Shown: positions 1 to 12,482, counted from the stretch's first letter. The stretch: 64,000 bases of DNA from Octopus sinensis (GCF_006345805.1 NC_042998.1:181660001-181724000); one strand, 5' to 3'. The notes: generated by a model from the sequence alone, not told the origin. Program-made: numbers and translations.

Positions 1-1770
1 CTATGAGGCCCAACATTCGATGGGCATGCTTCACCACATCGTCCCAGGTCTTCCTGGGTCTCCCTCTTCCACAGATTCCCTCCACTGTTAGGGTGTGACA
101 CTTTTTCACACAGCTGTCCTCCTCCATACACAACTTATGACCATAGCAGCACAGTCGTCTCTCTTGCACACATCTGATGCTTCTTATATTCAACTTTTCT
201 CCCAGGGCGCTTACATTCTGTCATGTATGTACATTGACATTACACATTCAGCAGAGCATACCAGCTTCATTTCTTGCAAGCTTACGCATATCCTCAGCAG
301 TCACAGCCCATGTTTCACTGCCGTGTAGCATGGCTGTTAGCACACATACATCATACAGTCTACTTTTCACTCTGAGTGAGAAGCCCTTTGTTACCAGCAG
401 AAGTAGGAGCTCTCTGAACTTTGTCCCTGGCTATTCTTCTTATTCTAATGACAATGCTCTCAGAGCATTCACCCTGGCTATTGACTTGGTCACCTAGGTA
501 ACAAAAGCTATCAACTACTTCTAGTTTTTCCCCTTGGCATATGACGGAAACTGTTTTCTGCACTTTGTCAGTGTTTATTGCCCCTGTGCATTTGCCACAC
601 ACAAAAGCTATCTTCCCAGTTAGCCTTCCTTTGATATTGCTGCATCTCTTATGTGTCCATAGCTTACACTGGGTATATCTTATGGAGTTTCTACCTATGC
701 CTTTTCTACAGATCAAGCAGGACCATCTACTTGAAAGGGTTTGTGATTTGTCTGTTTCTTCTTACTAAGACTTTGGTTTTTGCTAGATTGGCTCTAAGAC
801 TCTTCGATTCTAGATCTTGCTTCCACACCTGAAACTAATCTAGTTCTGATAGTGACTCAGCTATTAGAGCAAGGTCATCAGCATAGAGGAGCTCCCAGAA
901 GTATCTTGTCTTGAATTCCTCTGTTATTGCCTGGAGTACTATGATGAATAAGAGGAGGCTGAGGACTGATCTGTGGTGGACCCTTACTCCTACCCGAAAT
1001 TCTTCACTATGCTCATTGCCAACCCTCACCTTATTGACAGCATCCCTGTACATAGCTTGTACAGCTCTCACTAACCACTCATCTATACCTAGTTTCCACA
1101 CTAACCACCAGATAAGGGATCGGGAAACCTGTCAAAGGCTTTCTCCATATCAATGAAAGTCAAGTACAGAGATTTATCTTTGGCAAGGTATTTCTCCTGC
1201 AGCTGTCTGAAAATAGCATCAGTGGTGCTTCTCCCTGGCACAAACCCCAACTGCATCTCATCCAAACTAACTCTCTCCCTAATTAGTTGGGCTATGACCC
1301 TCTCCGTGACTTTCATCACCTGATCCAACAACTTGATACCTCTGTAATTATTCGTATCTAATGCATAACCCTTACCTTTATAGCAGTTGACTGTGGGTAT
1401 GACTCCTTCATGTATCACCTGATAGGCTATACAGGTGACTAGACTATAGCCTACACCGCTAGATATTTTAAGTTTCTCTGCGGTGACTCCTGATGGGCCG
1501 GGGGGCTTTCTCTGTCTTCATACCCTTAATTGCTTTATCTACCAACATACTGTCAATTCAGATAGCTGGTCCCTTTGTTGGGTCGACATTTGGCAGACTC
1601 TCTTTATCCCATTCATTCTTTTCATTTAGCAACCTTTCATAGCGGCATCTCCAAGTCTCTCTCTTTGCAGCCTCATTAAATGCAAGTGAGCCATCATCCA
1701 TGCAGACACAATTTTCTCTCCTATGACATCATGATTCTCTCTCATATACTGTCTTGCAACATGAAACACT
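1..1770 (-). mobile_element. RTE-clade LINE, decayed ORF2 (RT domain with internal Cys/His finger); continues beyond window start
   Basis: Frameshifted ORFs 1101-1418 (NYRGIKLL, GFVPGRSTTDAIF, FIDMEKAFDR), 835-1101 (LLYADDLALIAES) and 360-716 (LEVVDSFCYLG). Positions 1-80 encode the RTE C-terminal GRPRKTW motif. Confidence 0.93.
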
Positions 1771-2029
1771 CTTATATTTATTAATATTTCATTTTTGAGT
1801 AACTAAAACCATTGCTCAGATGACAAACTTGCTCCACATCTGAGATGGTGAACTAAGACTGCACTGACAAAGCTTTTGACTTAATAGATAAACCCCCATT
1901 CTCCAACATTCCATTCCCTAAACACAGGTTTATCAATGAGCTGTCTTTTTCCATTGTTTCTTCTAATACTACTTTTTCCTATGTAAGTTGTTATCTACAT
2001 CCCAAACCAACTCAAAACAAGCCAGCAAA

Positions 2030-2226
2030 GTAGCTTCTACATAGATGTTCAGCCTGCTAGAAATAGCAGGTAAATTTCTTTTAAATCATATCAATCCAGG
2101 TAAAGAGAGGACACATAAGACAGTGCAGTCTCATTCACCCCTAAAACTATATGATAGTCATGGCTGGAATGCTTTCTTTGACCATAACTTTGCTTGATCA
2201 AGGCTGACCTTGGGCTGAACAACAAT
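2030..2226 (+). mobile_element. Short interspersed repeat family E (ctgctagaaatagcag...gctgacct.gggct.aacaac), decayed
   Basis: The same motif string recurs at about 4330-4506, 4545-5240 (interrupted), 5580-5705, 11550-11695, 13240-13440, 13745-13955, 31965-32150 and 46585-46730. Confidence 0.7.
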
Positions 2227-2955
2227 CACCAACTCAATACAGTTATTTGTGCCTTGTCTTTCTTATGGTCTCTCATCTTTCAAAAACTATGTACCATACT
2301 TTTCTTCACAGAACTGACCCTTTTGATACCCAGTCCTCACCTATGTATTCATGTAACAACTACTAACGAAAGTAGTTCAAATTACATTACTCATCTGAGT
2401 TATCCAGCGTAAAGGATTTTCTTCTGTTTAGTCTAAAACATGGGAAAGAATTATAATTTAAGTTTTCCCATTAATATTAATTTGAAATTTTTTATTATTA
2501 ATCATATTAGAAATCCTGTTATCATCGTCATCATCAGATATAAAGCTAATTATTCCATACCAGATCTCTGCAAAATAGCCTCTCTATTTTTATTTCATTA
2601 ATACCAAAGAAAAGCTGCTACTTTCATTAACCCTACAAATATATTATTAACCCTACAAATATATTAACCTAACAGATTTGTAAGAGGTCATCATTGAAAG
2701 CCTTTATTAAGTAAATATTATGCCTTTGTTGGTATTAATTAGATTTTAGTGTCACAAGCTCTTGGATTGAGCCACTGAAGTAAGAATAGCCCAAGAGTAA
2801 GTCGTCTTAACACGGACTACATTAACCACAATAAATGTTCTGCTAGCAGAATTGTCAGAGATAACAGTTTACAAAGTCTTCACTGCAGCTGCAGAATTTT
2901 GTGGAAATTCAACTATTTCTGTTGTGATTATTATTATTGTTATTATAATAATAAT

Positions 2956-3084
2956 CATCATCATCGTTTAACGTCCACTTTCTATGCTAGCATGGGTTGG
3001 ACGATTTTGACTGAGGGCTGGCGAGCCAGATGGCTGCACCAGGCTCCAATCTTGATCTGGCAGAGTTTCTACAGCTGGATGCCC
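2956..3084 (-). mobile_element. RTE 3'-end-derived short element (family A), truncated
   Basis: (cat)n tail followed by cgtttaacgtcc...gatctggcagagtttctacagctggatgccc, shared with many copies in the window. Confidence 0.85.
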
Positions 3085-3103
3085 AATAATAATAATAACA
3101 TGT

Positions 3104-3426
3104 GAGGGCGCGTGGCTTAGTGGTTAGGGCATTCGGCTCATGATCGTAAGGTTGTGAGTTCGATTCCCGGCGACGCGTTGTGTCCTTGAGCAAGACACTT
3201 TATTTCACGTTGCTCCAGTCCACTCAGCTGGCAAAAATGAGTTGTACTTGTATTTCAAAGGGTCAGCCTTGTCACTCTCTGTGTCACGCTGATTATCCCC
3301 GAGAACTACGTTAAGGGTACACGTGTCTGTGGAATGCTCAGCCATTTGCACGTTAATTTCACGAGCAAGCTGTTCCGTTGATCGTATCAGCTGGGACCCT
3401 CGTCGTCGTAACCAGCGGAGTCTTTT
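3104..3426 (+). mobile_element. tRNA-derived SINE (family C)
   Basis: A box TGGCTTAGTGG and B box GTTCGATTC, then body gtgtccttgagcaagacactttatttcac. A homologous copy lies at 15957-16853 (-). Confidence 0.88.
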
Positions 3427-3449
3427 AAAATAATAATAATAATAATACC

Positions 3450-4150
3450 AAAGGTGGCAAACTGGTAGAATTGAGAGTGAGTTGGACAAAATACTTAGCA
3501 GTATTTCTTCTAACTCTTTGTTATCTGAGATCAAATTCTGCTGAGGTCAGTTTTTGCCATTCATCCTTTCAGGTTCATAAAATAAGTACATGTTGAAAAC
3601 TGGGTCAATATAATCATCTTGCCCACTCCTTTAAAACTGCTGGTTTTGCGTCAAAATTTGAAACCATTATTACTATTACTACTATTATTGTTATTATTAT
3701 TATTATTATTAGTAATATTAATATTATTATGGAAAGTGGCAAGCTGGCAGAATCATTGGCACTCTAGACAAAATGCTTGGCAGTATTTTGCCCATCTCTG
3801 CATCCTGAGTTCAAACTCCACCGAGGTTGACTTTGCCTTTCATCCTTTTGGGGTCAATAAATTAAGTACCCTCCCCATAAGTTTCAGGCCTTGTGCCTTT
3901 AGTTGAAAGGATTATTGTTGTTGTTATTGTTGGAAGTGTGTTGGATTGGCAGAATTGTTAGGGCATCAGACAAAAATTTTGAGCAACAATTGTTAAGACT
4001 CATATTCTCATTTGAAATCCCCGGAGGTCATCTTTGCCTTTCATCCCTCTGGGGTCAATAAGATAAAATACCAGTCAAGTACTGGGATCAATGTAATCGA
4101 CTTCCCCCTACACTCAAAATTACTGGCTTTGTGCCAAAATTAGATAGAAT
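3450..4150 (+). mobile_element. Three tandem decayed copies of SINE family D heads separated by (TAT)n
   Basis: Repeated ggcaa.ctggcagaa...gagttcaaa.tcc.ccgaggt..actttgcctttcatcc.tt.ggggtc.ataa at about 3450, 3735 and 3940. Confidence 0.75.
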
Positions 4151-4650
4151 TATAATAGTGTGATATTATTGTTTCACAGCCACCTTAAGGGCTTTCCAAA
4201 AGACTTGTTACATTGGCTTAAATCATTTATAACCTACATTCTAAATTTCAAACTGCTAACTTTTGACAAGAGGAATTAATGTCAGTGGAATCCACCCCTG
4301 GAAATTATTGGAGGAAATAATGCAGGTGTTTCTACATAGCCAGTCAACTTGCTAGAAATAGCAGCTAAATTTTTTTAACCACTCTTGATTGGTTTGAGAG
4401 AGATTTTGGACAGTTAATTTGGAGCTGAAAAAATGACAAGATGGTCATAGTTGGAATGTTTTTAATAGTATATCTTAACCAGAGCTGGCTTGAGTTAAAT
4501 AACAATACCTATAAGAGGAATAGAAAGGCAAGCCAACGAAGAGGCTACTTATGTGATCACTCTATCTGCTAAACAATAGCAGTCAAATCTCTCTAAAATT
4601 TGCACACTATCATCTTTAATAAAGCTTGTATATAGGACACTATAGTCCTT

Positions 4651-5169
4651 CATCATCATCATCTTTTGACGTCCACTTCCCATGCTAGCATGGGTTGGAT
4701 GTGTGACTGAGGGCTGGCGAACCAGATGTTTGCACCAGGCTTCAATCTTGATCTGGCAGAGTTTCTACAGCTGGATGCCCTTCCTAACGCCAACCACCCC
4801 AAGAGTGTAGTGGGTGCTTTTACGTGCCACCAGCATGGGGCCAGTCAGGCGTCACTGGCAACGACCTCACTCGAATCTTTTACACATGCCACCAGCATGG
4901 GTGCCAGTAAAGCAATGCTGGTAACGATCACACTCAAATGGTGTTTTTTACGTGCCACCGGCACGAAGGCCAGGTAGCCACTCTGGCAACGATCACGCTC
5001 GGATGCTGCTCTTAATACCCTACGAGCACGGGGCTCGAATGCCAGTAGCGCGACGCTGGTAACATTCACGCTAGAATGGTGCCTTTTAAGTGCCACTGTC
5101 ACGGAAGCCGGTTAGCCACTCTGTCAATGATCACACTTGTATGGTGCTCTTTGCACCCCGCTAGCACGG
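4651..5169 (-). mobile_element. Family A element with internal ~65-bp tandem array, inserted into a family E copy
   Basis: (cat)n tail at 4651 and about 5.5 tandem units. A 7-bp TSD agtcctt lies at 4644-4650 and 5170-5176. Confidence 0.88.
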
Positions 5170-6119
5170 AGTCCTTAATATGCAAAAAAGATATTGTCAC
5201 AGTTAGAACACCTTTGATTTGAACTGATCTAAGGCTAATCCATGGTAACTGTTAACAGTAACTAGGCAGCATTTGAACTCATGGCATGCAGGAATGAAAC
5301 TAACTACTATATGACATTTAGTCTTGTGCTTTTGTATTCCTGCCAACTTACTGCACTTGTATATTCTTATATCAGATACAAGAAAATAATAAATTTGTCG
5401 ACTGTACTAGATTTTACATCTGAATGAAAAGTAGTGACCTAACAAGGGGAAAAAATCCTACAGTAAGCTGATAGTTTGTCTTAACTGTTCGGTCATTCTG
5501 ATACTCTGCTGTAAATATTGCTGTTTAATCATTTATTATTCCAACTTAGCAAATCTTACAAGTATTATATATGAACCATCTTAGGAAAGAAAGGATATAT
5601 TGGATAATGTAGCCCTGGTTAAATAAGACGGGATGACTATAGCTGGAATACTTTTGATCATAGTTCTGCATGATCAAGGCTGACCTAGGGCTGAACGACA
5701 ACTGCAAAAGCTGTACTTTTTTGTTTCTGGATGGTATGTTGATAAGACCAACAGAACTGATGATCTTGCCTGGCAGAAGATTACTGATACTGAAGCAACA
5801 TATGATGTTTTTCAAGTGGAGGTCAGAGAACTTTTGTTGAATTGAAAGAACTAAGAAAAATTCTTCTTGGAATACTTCCAAAATTTCCAAACATTCAAAC
5901 ATCACAACCTGCAGAAATCAGCTTTAAAATAAATGTACAACAACAAAAACAACAACAACAACAACAATAATAATAATAATAATAATAAGTGGATAACAGT
6001 GCCTGATCACATGACCAATGAGAACCAACCTGACTTAACATTTCTCACTGTCTTTCACAATATTATGAAGGATTACAGCCACATATTTTGCATGTCATCA
6101 TAATCACTATCATTTATGC

Positions 6120-6930
6120 TGTCAAACCATCCAACCATGCTAGCATAGGATTCAAAGAGTCAAAGGACTGTGTCAAGTTCCAGTATCTGCATTGGCATGG
6201 TTTCTGTGGCTAGATGCCTTTCCAATATCAACTATTTTATACAGAGTACTTATTGTTTTCATGACACCAGCACTAATAAGGTTGTCAAGTAACTTGCAAG
6301 ATAAACAAAAAGACCCCTCTCAACTGAATGAGAGTGTAGTAGAGAGGGACATGGCTTTACGGCAGTTGTTGAGAGGCTAGAATATGATAGAGATGGGCAT
6401 ATAGAGAAGATACATGGCTACCCATTTTATAATGGTAGCTGGAAAGAAGATAAGAGATGTGGCCGATGAGGTGTCAGAGCATACTCTCAAAGCATAATAA
6501 GAGGAGTACAAGATACAATATAAATAGGGATCAGGGTGGATAGGTAAGTTCATTAGATAAACAGGGTGGCTAGGTAAGTTAATTAGAGTGTGATAGGAGA
6601 GTAACAGAGGGTTAGAGATGGAGGTAGAAGTGAATGCAATGAATGATGAACAAGGGTGGTGTGGTCAGTGGTAAATATCAGTGGGGGAGTAATGAAACAA
6701 ATAGGAGTGGTTCAAGAAGGAGGGGGTGACAAGTGGCAACACAGAAAGTGTAGGGAACAGCATAAAAAGAAATTTAGATAGAGGAAAAAAATAAGGAAAT
6801 GAATGGGATGAGAGAGTGAAGGAGAGACAGAAATGTACGGGATGGAGATCAGAGGTACATCTTGATGAACAAAGATGAGGATGGGGCATTAACAGCAGAT
6901 ATGAGAGGGTATTTAGAAAACTGTAGGTAA
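6120..6930 (-). mobile_element. Old family A/RTE 3' end with long low-complexity UTR
   Basis: Decayed ggcatggtttc...gatgcctttcc tail followed by a purine-rich tract. It mirrors 8270-9335 and 21440-22410 on the + strand. Confidence 0.55.
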
Positions 6931-7600
6931 CGATGGAGCAATTTCACTGACTGTTTTTTCTGTATGTATGTGTATGTTTTAAAAGCTTTTTGTAAGCGTA
7001 AAAACTGAACATTAACTAAATAAAGGATTCACTACAAGCTATTTTTAATAATTTTGTTGACAGTGATTTCAAAGTTTTCTCAGTCAACAGCCTCATCTTT
7101 CTGACAAGGCCAGTGACCAGAAAATCTTTTTAAGACAACATCAATAAATTATTAAAAATTTTACATTGTGTACAATCTTGTTATTGATACTTAAATGTTA
7201 ATGTCATGAGAGCTCTCTATTATAAGACAGAGCTAATTATATAATATATGTGCAGTTAAACATCTAAATATATTATAACTAACATAATTCATACAGATAT
7301 TAAGATAGCAATATCTCCTGTGAATATTTATCATAATATTTGCACAATTTAACTAATATTGTTTTTAGTATATTTAGATGCTTAACTGCCAACAAATATC
7401 ATCTTCGTTGTTTCAAAATCTACTTTACCATACAAGCATGGGTTGGACAGAATTTTGCTGAGGTAGATTTTCTATGGCCAGATGCTCTTCCTGTTGCCAA
7501 CCCTCACTTGTTTTCATGGAAGATTAGTAATAAAGGACACCACTTGCATGATGATGACATTCGTTTACAACTATTGTGTAATGTCCAGGGCAGAGAGGCA

Positions 7601-7800
7601 GTAACCGCGTGTGTACCATTGGCGATTTTTTTTCCTCTGTCTTCCCTTCTCTGGATCTTTCCTTCTCCTATGTTTCCGACGAAGAGCTCCGCTCGAAACG
7701 TTAAACCCTCCTTCTTTCCTGAGCGTCCAATAATACTATATTTGTTCCATGTCCTTGCGTTGTTGTGTTTTTTTGTGCTTTCTTGTTTGGGTTAACTAAC
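7601..7800 (+). mobile_element. Penelope-like pseudo-LTR fragment carrying a hammerhead motif
   Basis: Clearly homologous to 42897-43105. Contains the hammerhead core and is followed by (TA)n. Confidence 0.65.
7672..7706 (+). ncRNA. Minimal type I hammerhead ribozyme motif (U4C variant core)
   Basis: GTTT-CCGACGA-A-GAGC(tcc)GCTC-GAAA-CG-TT-AAAC. Stem I is GTTT/AAAC, stem II is GAGC/GCTC, and stem III is the palindrome ACGT. Confidence 0.7.
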
Positions 7801-7899
7801 TATACATACACATATATATATATCTGTGTGTATACATGTATGCAAACGTGCTTGCATGTGTGAACGCAGACGTTAAATGATGATGATGATGATATGTCA

Positions 7900-9335
7900 C
7901 TGACCTAACATGGTTTCCAAAAATATAATAATAAAAGACAAAGTGTAAACTGGCTGAGAGAAAAGTTTGGAATAAGAGGAAACAGATGCAGCATACAAGA
8001 AAGAAGACTATGCTGGTTCGCACATGTGAGGTGTATCAATGAAGACAACTGTAAAAAGAAGTGTCGATCACTTAAAATAGAAGGCAACTGTAGAAAAGGG
8101 AAACCCAGGAAAATATGAGGTGAAGAAGTAAGGACTGAACTCAGGATATTGGACCTGGTGGAAGAAATGACAATGGACTGAGATGTCTGGCGATAGGTGG
8201 TTCTTGAGAAGACCCACCCAGCTCAGCAAAACTAAGTTTTGGAAGTGCCATGTGTTCCACCCACATGTAAAATTAAACTTTTTCACGCACCCAACCCCCA
8301 TTAACCAAACTACATCTCCTCTTCTCTTCTTCACATTTCCTCTTTTTCATGCACTATGCTTACCTCTCCCTCTCCACTTCTGCTGCCCAATCCTATCCTT
8401 ACTGCCCTGCCCACTGTATCATTGCTATGCTGTTGTACCCACCTCTATATATCCAGGTTTCACCAGTCACTGCATTTTCTGCCTTCTCCCTTCTTTGCAT
8501 TCACATGAAACCCCTACTCAAGCACCCTTAGCAATGCTCTACTATCTAGTTTATATTCTCATTCCCGTACCTTAAGAGTATGCCCTAGCACAGTGTTAAC
8601 CACGTATCTCCTCTACAGCAAGACACCACTTGCTATAGCCACCCCATATGTACCTCTAATTCCTCATCCACCTCCACTTCCATATCTAACTTCTCATCTA
8701 GCTCTCTGAATAGTCATCCCTAAGTCATACCTGTCTCTCTTATCCCCCCCCCCCACCATACTAATGTTTTCCAGCAAGCTGCACCTACACTACCATTCAT
8801 CACTCATTACATTCGTCTCTACCCCCATCTCTAACCATCTGGTACTCTCCCTTCACTTTTATATTTGCTTCTCCTGGTCCACTGCCAATATCATCTCTTG
8901 CTTCTTGAGGGTTTTACTCTGGCATCCCATCACTACCTTCTTACCTTTTCCCCAGATATTCTCACTCATCTTCATATAAATGTAGGATTGTCATGTATCT
9001 TTTCTGTATCAAGACACCTCTGTTTGACCCTGGCATAAAAAATCACCTCCCCACTCTCTCAAATATCCACCACCACCACTTCCTACCACTTAGTCAAGAG
9101 GGCTTTTCGTTTTCTTGTCCTTTCCTGTCTTGCAGGTTACTTTGCAACTCCACCAGTGCTGGTGGCACAAAAAGAACAACCTGTACAAACTCTAAAGTGA
9201 TTGGCATCTGGAAGGGCATTGGCCATAAAAGCCATACCAAAGCTGACATGGAGCATGATGCTGCCCTTTGGCACCGCAGATCCTGTCAGATCTTTCAGCC
9301 TATGCCACCATGGAATACAGACATTAAATGATAAT
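7900..9335 (+). mobile_element. RTE LINE 3' end: ORF2 C-terminus, pyrimidine-rich UTR and family A tail
   Basis: 7986-8125 translates to IQERRLCWFAHV...IEGNCRKGKPRK (RTE C-terminus). About 850 nt of pyrimidine-rich sequence follows, then the ggaagggcat tail ending in atgataatgatg. Confidence 0.7.
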
Positions 9336-9349
9336 GATGTGTATGTATG

Positions 9350-9639
9350 TGTCGCCTTACTGGCACTTGTGCCGGTGTGCAGGTGACACGTAAAAAAAAA
9401 AGACACAATTTTTCAGTGGCCGTTGCCAGTATCGCCTGACTGGCCCTCGTGCCAGTGGCACGTAAAAGCACCCACTACACTCTCAGAGTGGTTGGCATTA
9501 GGAAGGGCATCCAGCTGTAGAAACTCCGCCAGATCAAGATTGGAGCCTGGTGCAGCCATCTGGTTCACCAGTCCTCAGTCAAATCGTCCAACCCATGCTA
9601 GCACAGAAAGCGAACGTTAAACGATGATGATGATGATGA
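9350..9639 (+). mobile_element. Family A element
   Basis: cgtgccagtggcacgtaaaagcaccc...aggaagggcatccagctgtagaaac...cgttaaacg(atg)n. Confidence 0.88.
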
Positions 9640-10804
9640 CATACATATATATATATGTATATATATATGACTATATATACATATAGGTGTGTGTGTATGT
9701 ATATATCTATGTATATATGGTGTTTCAGTAGTACAGGGTCAAAACACCTAATGATCATTGGATACCATCTGATGACATCAGTTCCTGCTGGCTAAAGCTC
9801 TATTCACTTTGGTGAGAGGAAAAGAAAGAACCTTCTCCTAGGTGTTATCAACATACACACAAAACCATTATTACTATTGGCTGCTAAAATGTTAAAAATG
9901 TATGAATCATTGCAGAACACTTGCATATAATTTCATTTAGGATAGTGATATTTAAAATTTGCAGTTCACTGAAATTGAACTTGTCAAGTAATTAAATTTA
10001 TGCTAGTGCTATATTATTCTCTTCAAAATGTCTTTTATAATCAACTTATGAATGAATGTCTCATTCATTAAGACTGTTAGAATGTAATTTTAAAAGAATC
10101 TGAAATCTTGATCTTGCATGAGAAATGCTTTGACTTAATTAATGCACACCTGAAAAAATTATTTATTTTCCTGAATTTGATATTAAAATAATAAGGACAG
10201 TCTGCTACTTGAGACACCAAAGCTCCAAATTAAATGCCATACAGTATTTTAGTCTCATACTTGTATATTGTCAGTTCAAATCCTATCTGGTTTGACTTTT
10301 CTTTCAGTAGTTTCCTGGGATACATTCCATCAAATATATGAATGTCAACATTGCTGTATGGTTAAGAAGCTTACTTCTCGACTGCTTAGTTCCATGTTTG
10401 ATGCCACTTTGAGCGGTACTTTGAGTGAGTGGTTTCTACTGTACATTCAGGTTGATCAGTGCTTTGTGAGTAGGATGTGGTAAACAGAATCTACGTGGAA
10501 ACTCATATGTGGTGGTCTTTCACAAAGTAAAATATATAGACATTGGCAAGAAAACCAAAAAAAGAAAAAATGACTGGTGCTTCTGAATAAAAATACTCTG
10601 AGGAGTACTTCTACTCAAGTTGTACAGACAACCCCTTGTCAATCTTACAGAGAGGAAATGCAATGAACCAATGATTGCCCCTTTGGAAACTTGTAACACA
10701 GTTTATCACCAAATAGAAGATAAAAGTTTTAAAGAAATTTTCCCTTGTCAAAAGTTGGCAACTAAAAAGTAGAGTTCCCGGAATATTGATAAATTTGATT
10801 ATTT

Positions 10805-11065
10805 TGACCCATTTGATACCAACCCACCCTAAACTCCTAGTTCTTGATAAAAACTTCCATTTTAAAATGAGCTAAACTATCAAAATTTCATGTCTGTTTA
10901 TGTTCCAAATACCAGCTTAATAATGGCAAGTTTTACCAAATTTATCATCATTTTAAAAATTAATCAAAACAAAGGCAGAAATATACTTACAAAAAAACAT
11001 AAATAGTTGTCTCAAAATTTTGTCTTTCAACAGAAAGTAATCTCTCTGAAATTTATATGGTAACA
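10805..11065 (-). mobile_element. Decayed TTAA-type MITE, related to 12483-12707
   Basis: acccatttgataccaaccc end, with internal similarity to the reverse complement of 12483-12707. Confidence 0.5.
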
Positions 11066-12482
11066 TTCAATCATCTATAGAAAAAGTAATGATGTATTAC
11101 TGAAATATCAACAGTGTTGCTTTTATTTCAATTATTATATTATTCTTAACAATGCTTAACTCATATTCTGATGATGTACTCACACCACTTGTACTGAAAC
11201 CTGTCATTCAAGCAGAACAACTAACTAGCTTTCCAAATAAACATATCAGCCAAAATGCTGCTATAAAGAAAATAAATTTGGAAAGTAAATATTATTCAGC
11301 TGAATAACATCTGGAGATAGAAAATTTCAATGTGGGTGGATCCAGAAAATGCTTTATGACTAGTCACGTACAGCAGTTATCTTGTATTTCCATGATAATT
11401 AAATATGGCAGTGAATGGGTTAAAGTCTCTCGGGTATTAGATCATTAATTCTACCTGCTTTATATAATTTCTTTGTATTTCTAATCATAAATCTTTCATT
11501 GTCTGTTATCAGCAACATTATCTTTGATAGGTCAACTAAGATCCCTTTTGCTATTTCTTGATTTGCTAAAAATTGCAGCCAAATCTCCTAAGAACACATT
11601 GTATTATGTAGTCTGAGATACACAATAAACAAAAGATGGGACAGTCACAACTAGAGTGTCTGCTCAATTAGGCATGGCCTGTGGCAACACAACATTCTCA
11701 TTGATTTTCATCATTTCCCCAACTTCTCTATTATCTCTATGCAATAATTCTAAATCATATCTCTGCCAACTTATTTCAATGTGTTTCATTAAGTTTAACA
11801 CACACAATTCTAATACACAATGTTAGAATGGGCACTAGTGCTTGTTCTTAGTTAGACACCTAATATATTTTACCAGTAACTATCTCTAATTAAAATAGTT
11901 CATGTATAAACCATAGCTTGCTGTATGTATGACCAAATACTTCATTGCAATGCCTGGAGATGAAATTTTAATCCATAATAGTTCTTATTTTTAAAAGACA
12001 TAAAACTAATGTTATCTAAAACTAAATTTTTTTGAAATTCTAAATATTATATTAAAAAAAAATGAAACATTGATAAATTATAGCAATGTCTGCATATTGA
12101 TCTTACAAAGGTTAAACTTCTCTGTTGCTATATATTTATTCTGACAATATGTTATAAATTAGAATCTTGCTACAATTGTTTTATTACATGTAAAATATAT
12201 TACCCTTAGCTACTGTCTGTTACTTAGCAGATGAGTTGTTAGCAACAAGAAGGGCATGCAGCTATTTCTTTCATTCAAACAAAATGAAAACTTTGTAGAA
12301 ACTAATCTTTAGCAGTAAAAATGGATTTAAAAACAGTGAAATTAATGTTAATGCTGGTACTGTTGTTTAAGTAGCAATGGATTATTGACTGGTAACTCAA
12401 GCTGGCATTAAACAAGTGTACCATTACACATGGTGGTAGATAGAAAACCTGGAATTTACCTACTTCCTCCACACCAACCTTC

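Noticed and set aside
2555-2575. Possible 7-nt minus-strand microexon (ttttgcAG agatctg GTatgg)
   Set aside because: The polypyrimidine tract is weak and such a match is expected by chance in 64 kb.
2627-2669. 20-bp direct duplication attaaccctacaaatatatt
   Set aside because: Ordinary slippage duplication in AT-rich DNA.
3104-3178. tRNA-Met-like sequence (A/B boxes, CAT in the loop)
   Set aside because: The cloverleaf is imperfect and runs straight into a repeated SINE body, so it is a SINE head and not a tRNA gene.
9765-9785. ctgatga motif (also at 23692, 47142 and 63892) as hammerhead cores
   Set aside because: There is no correctly placed stem II, GAAA and UH.
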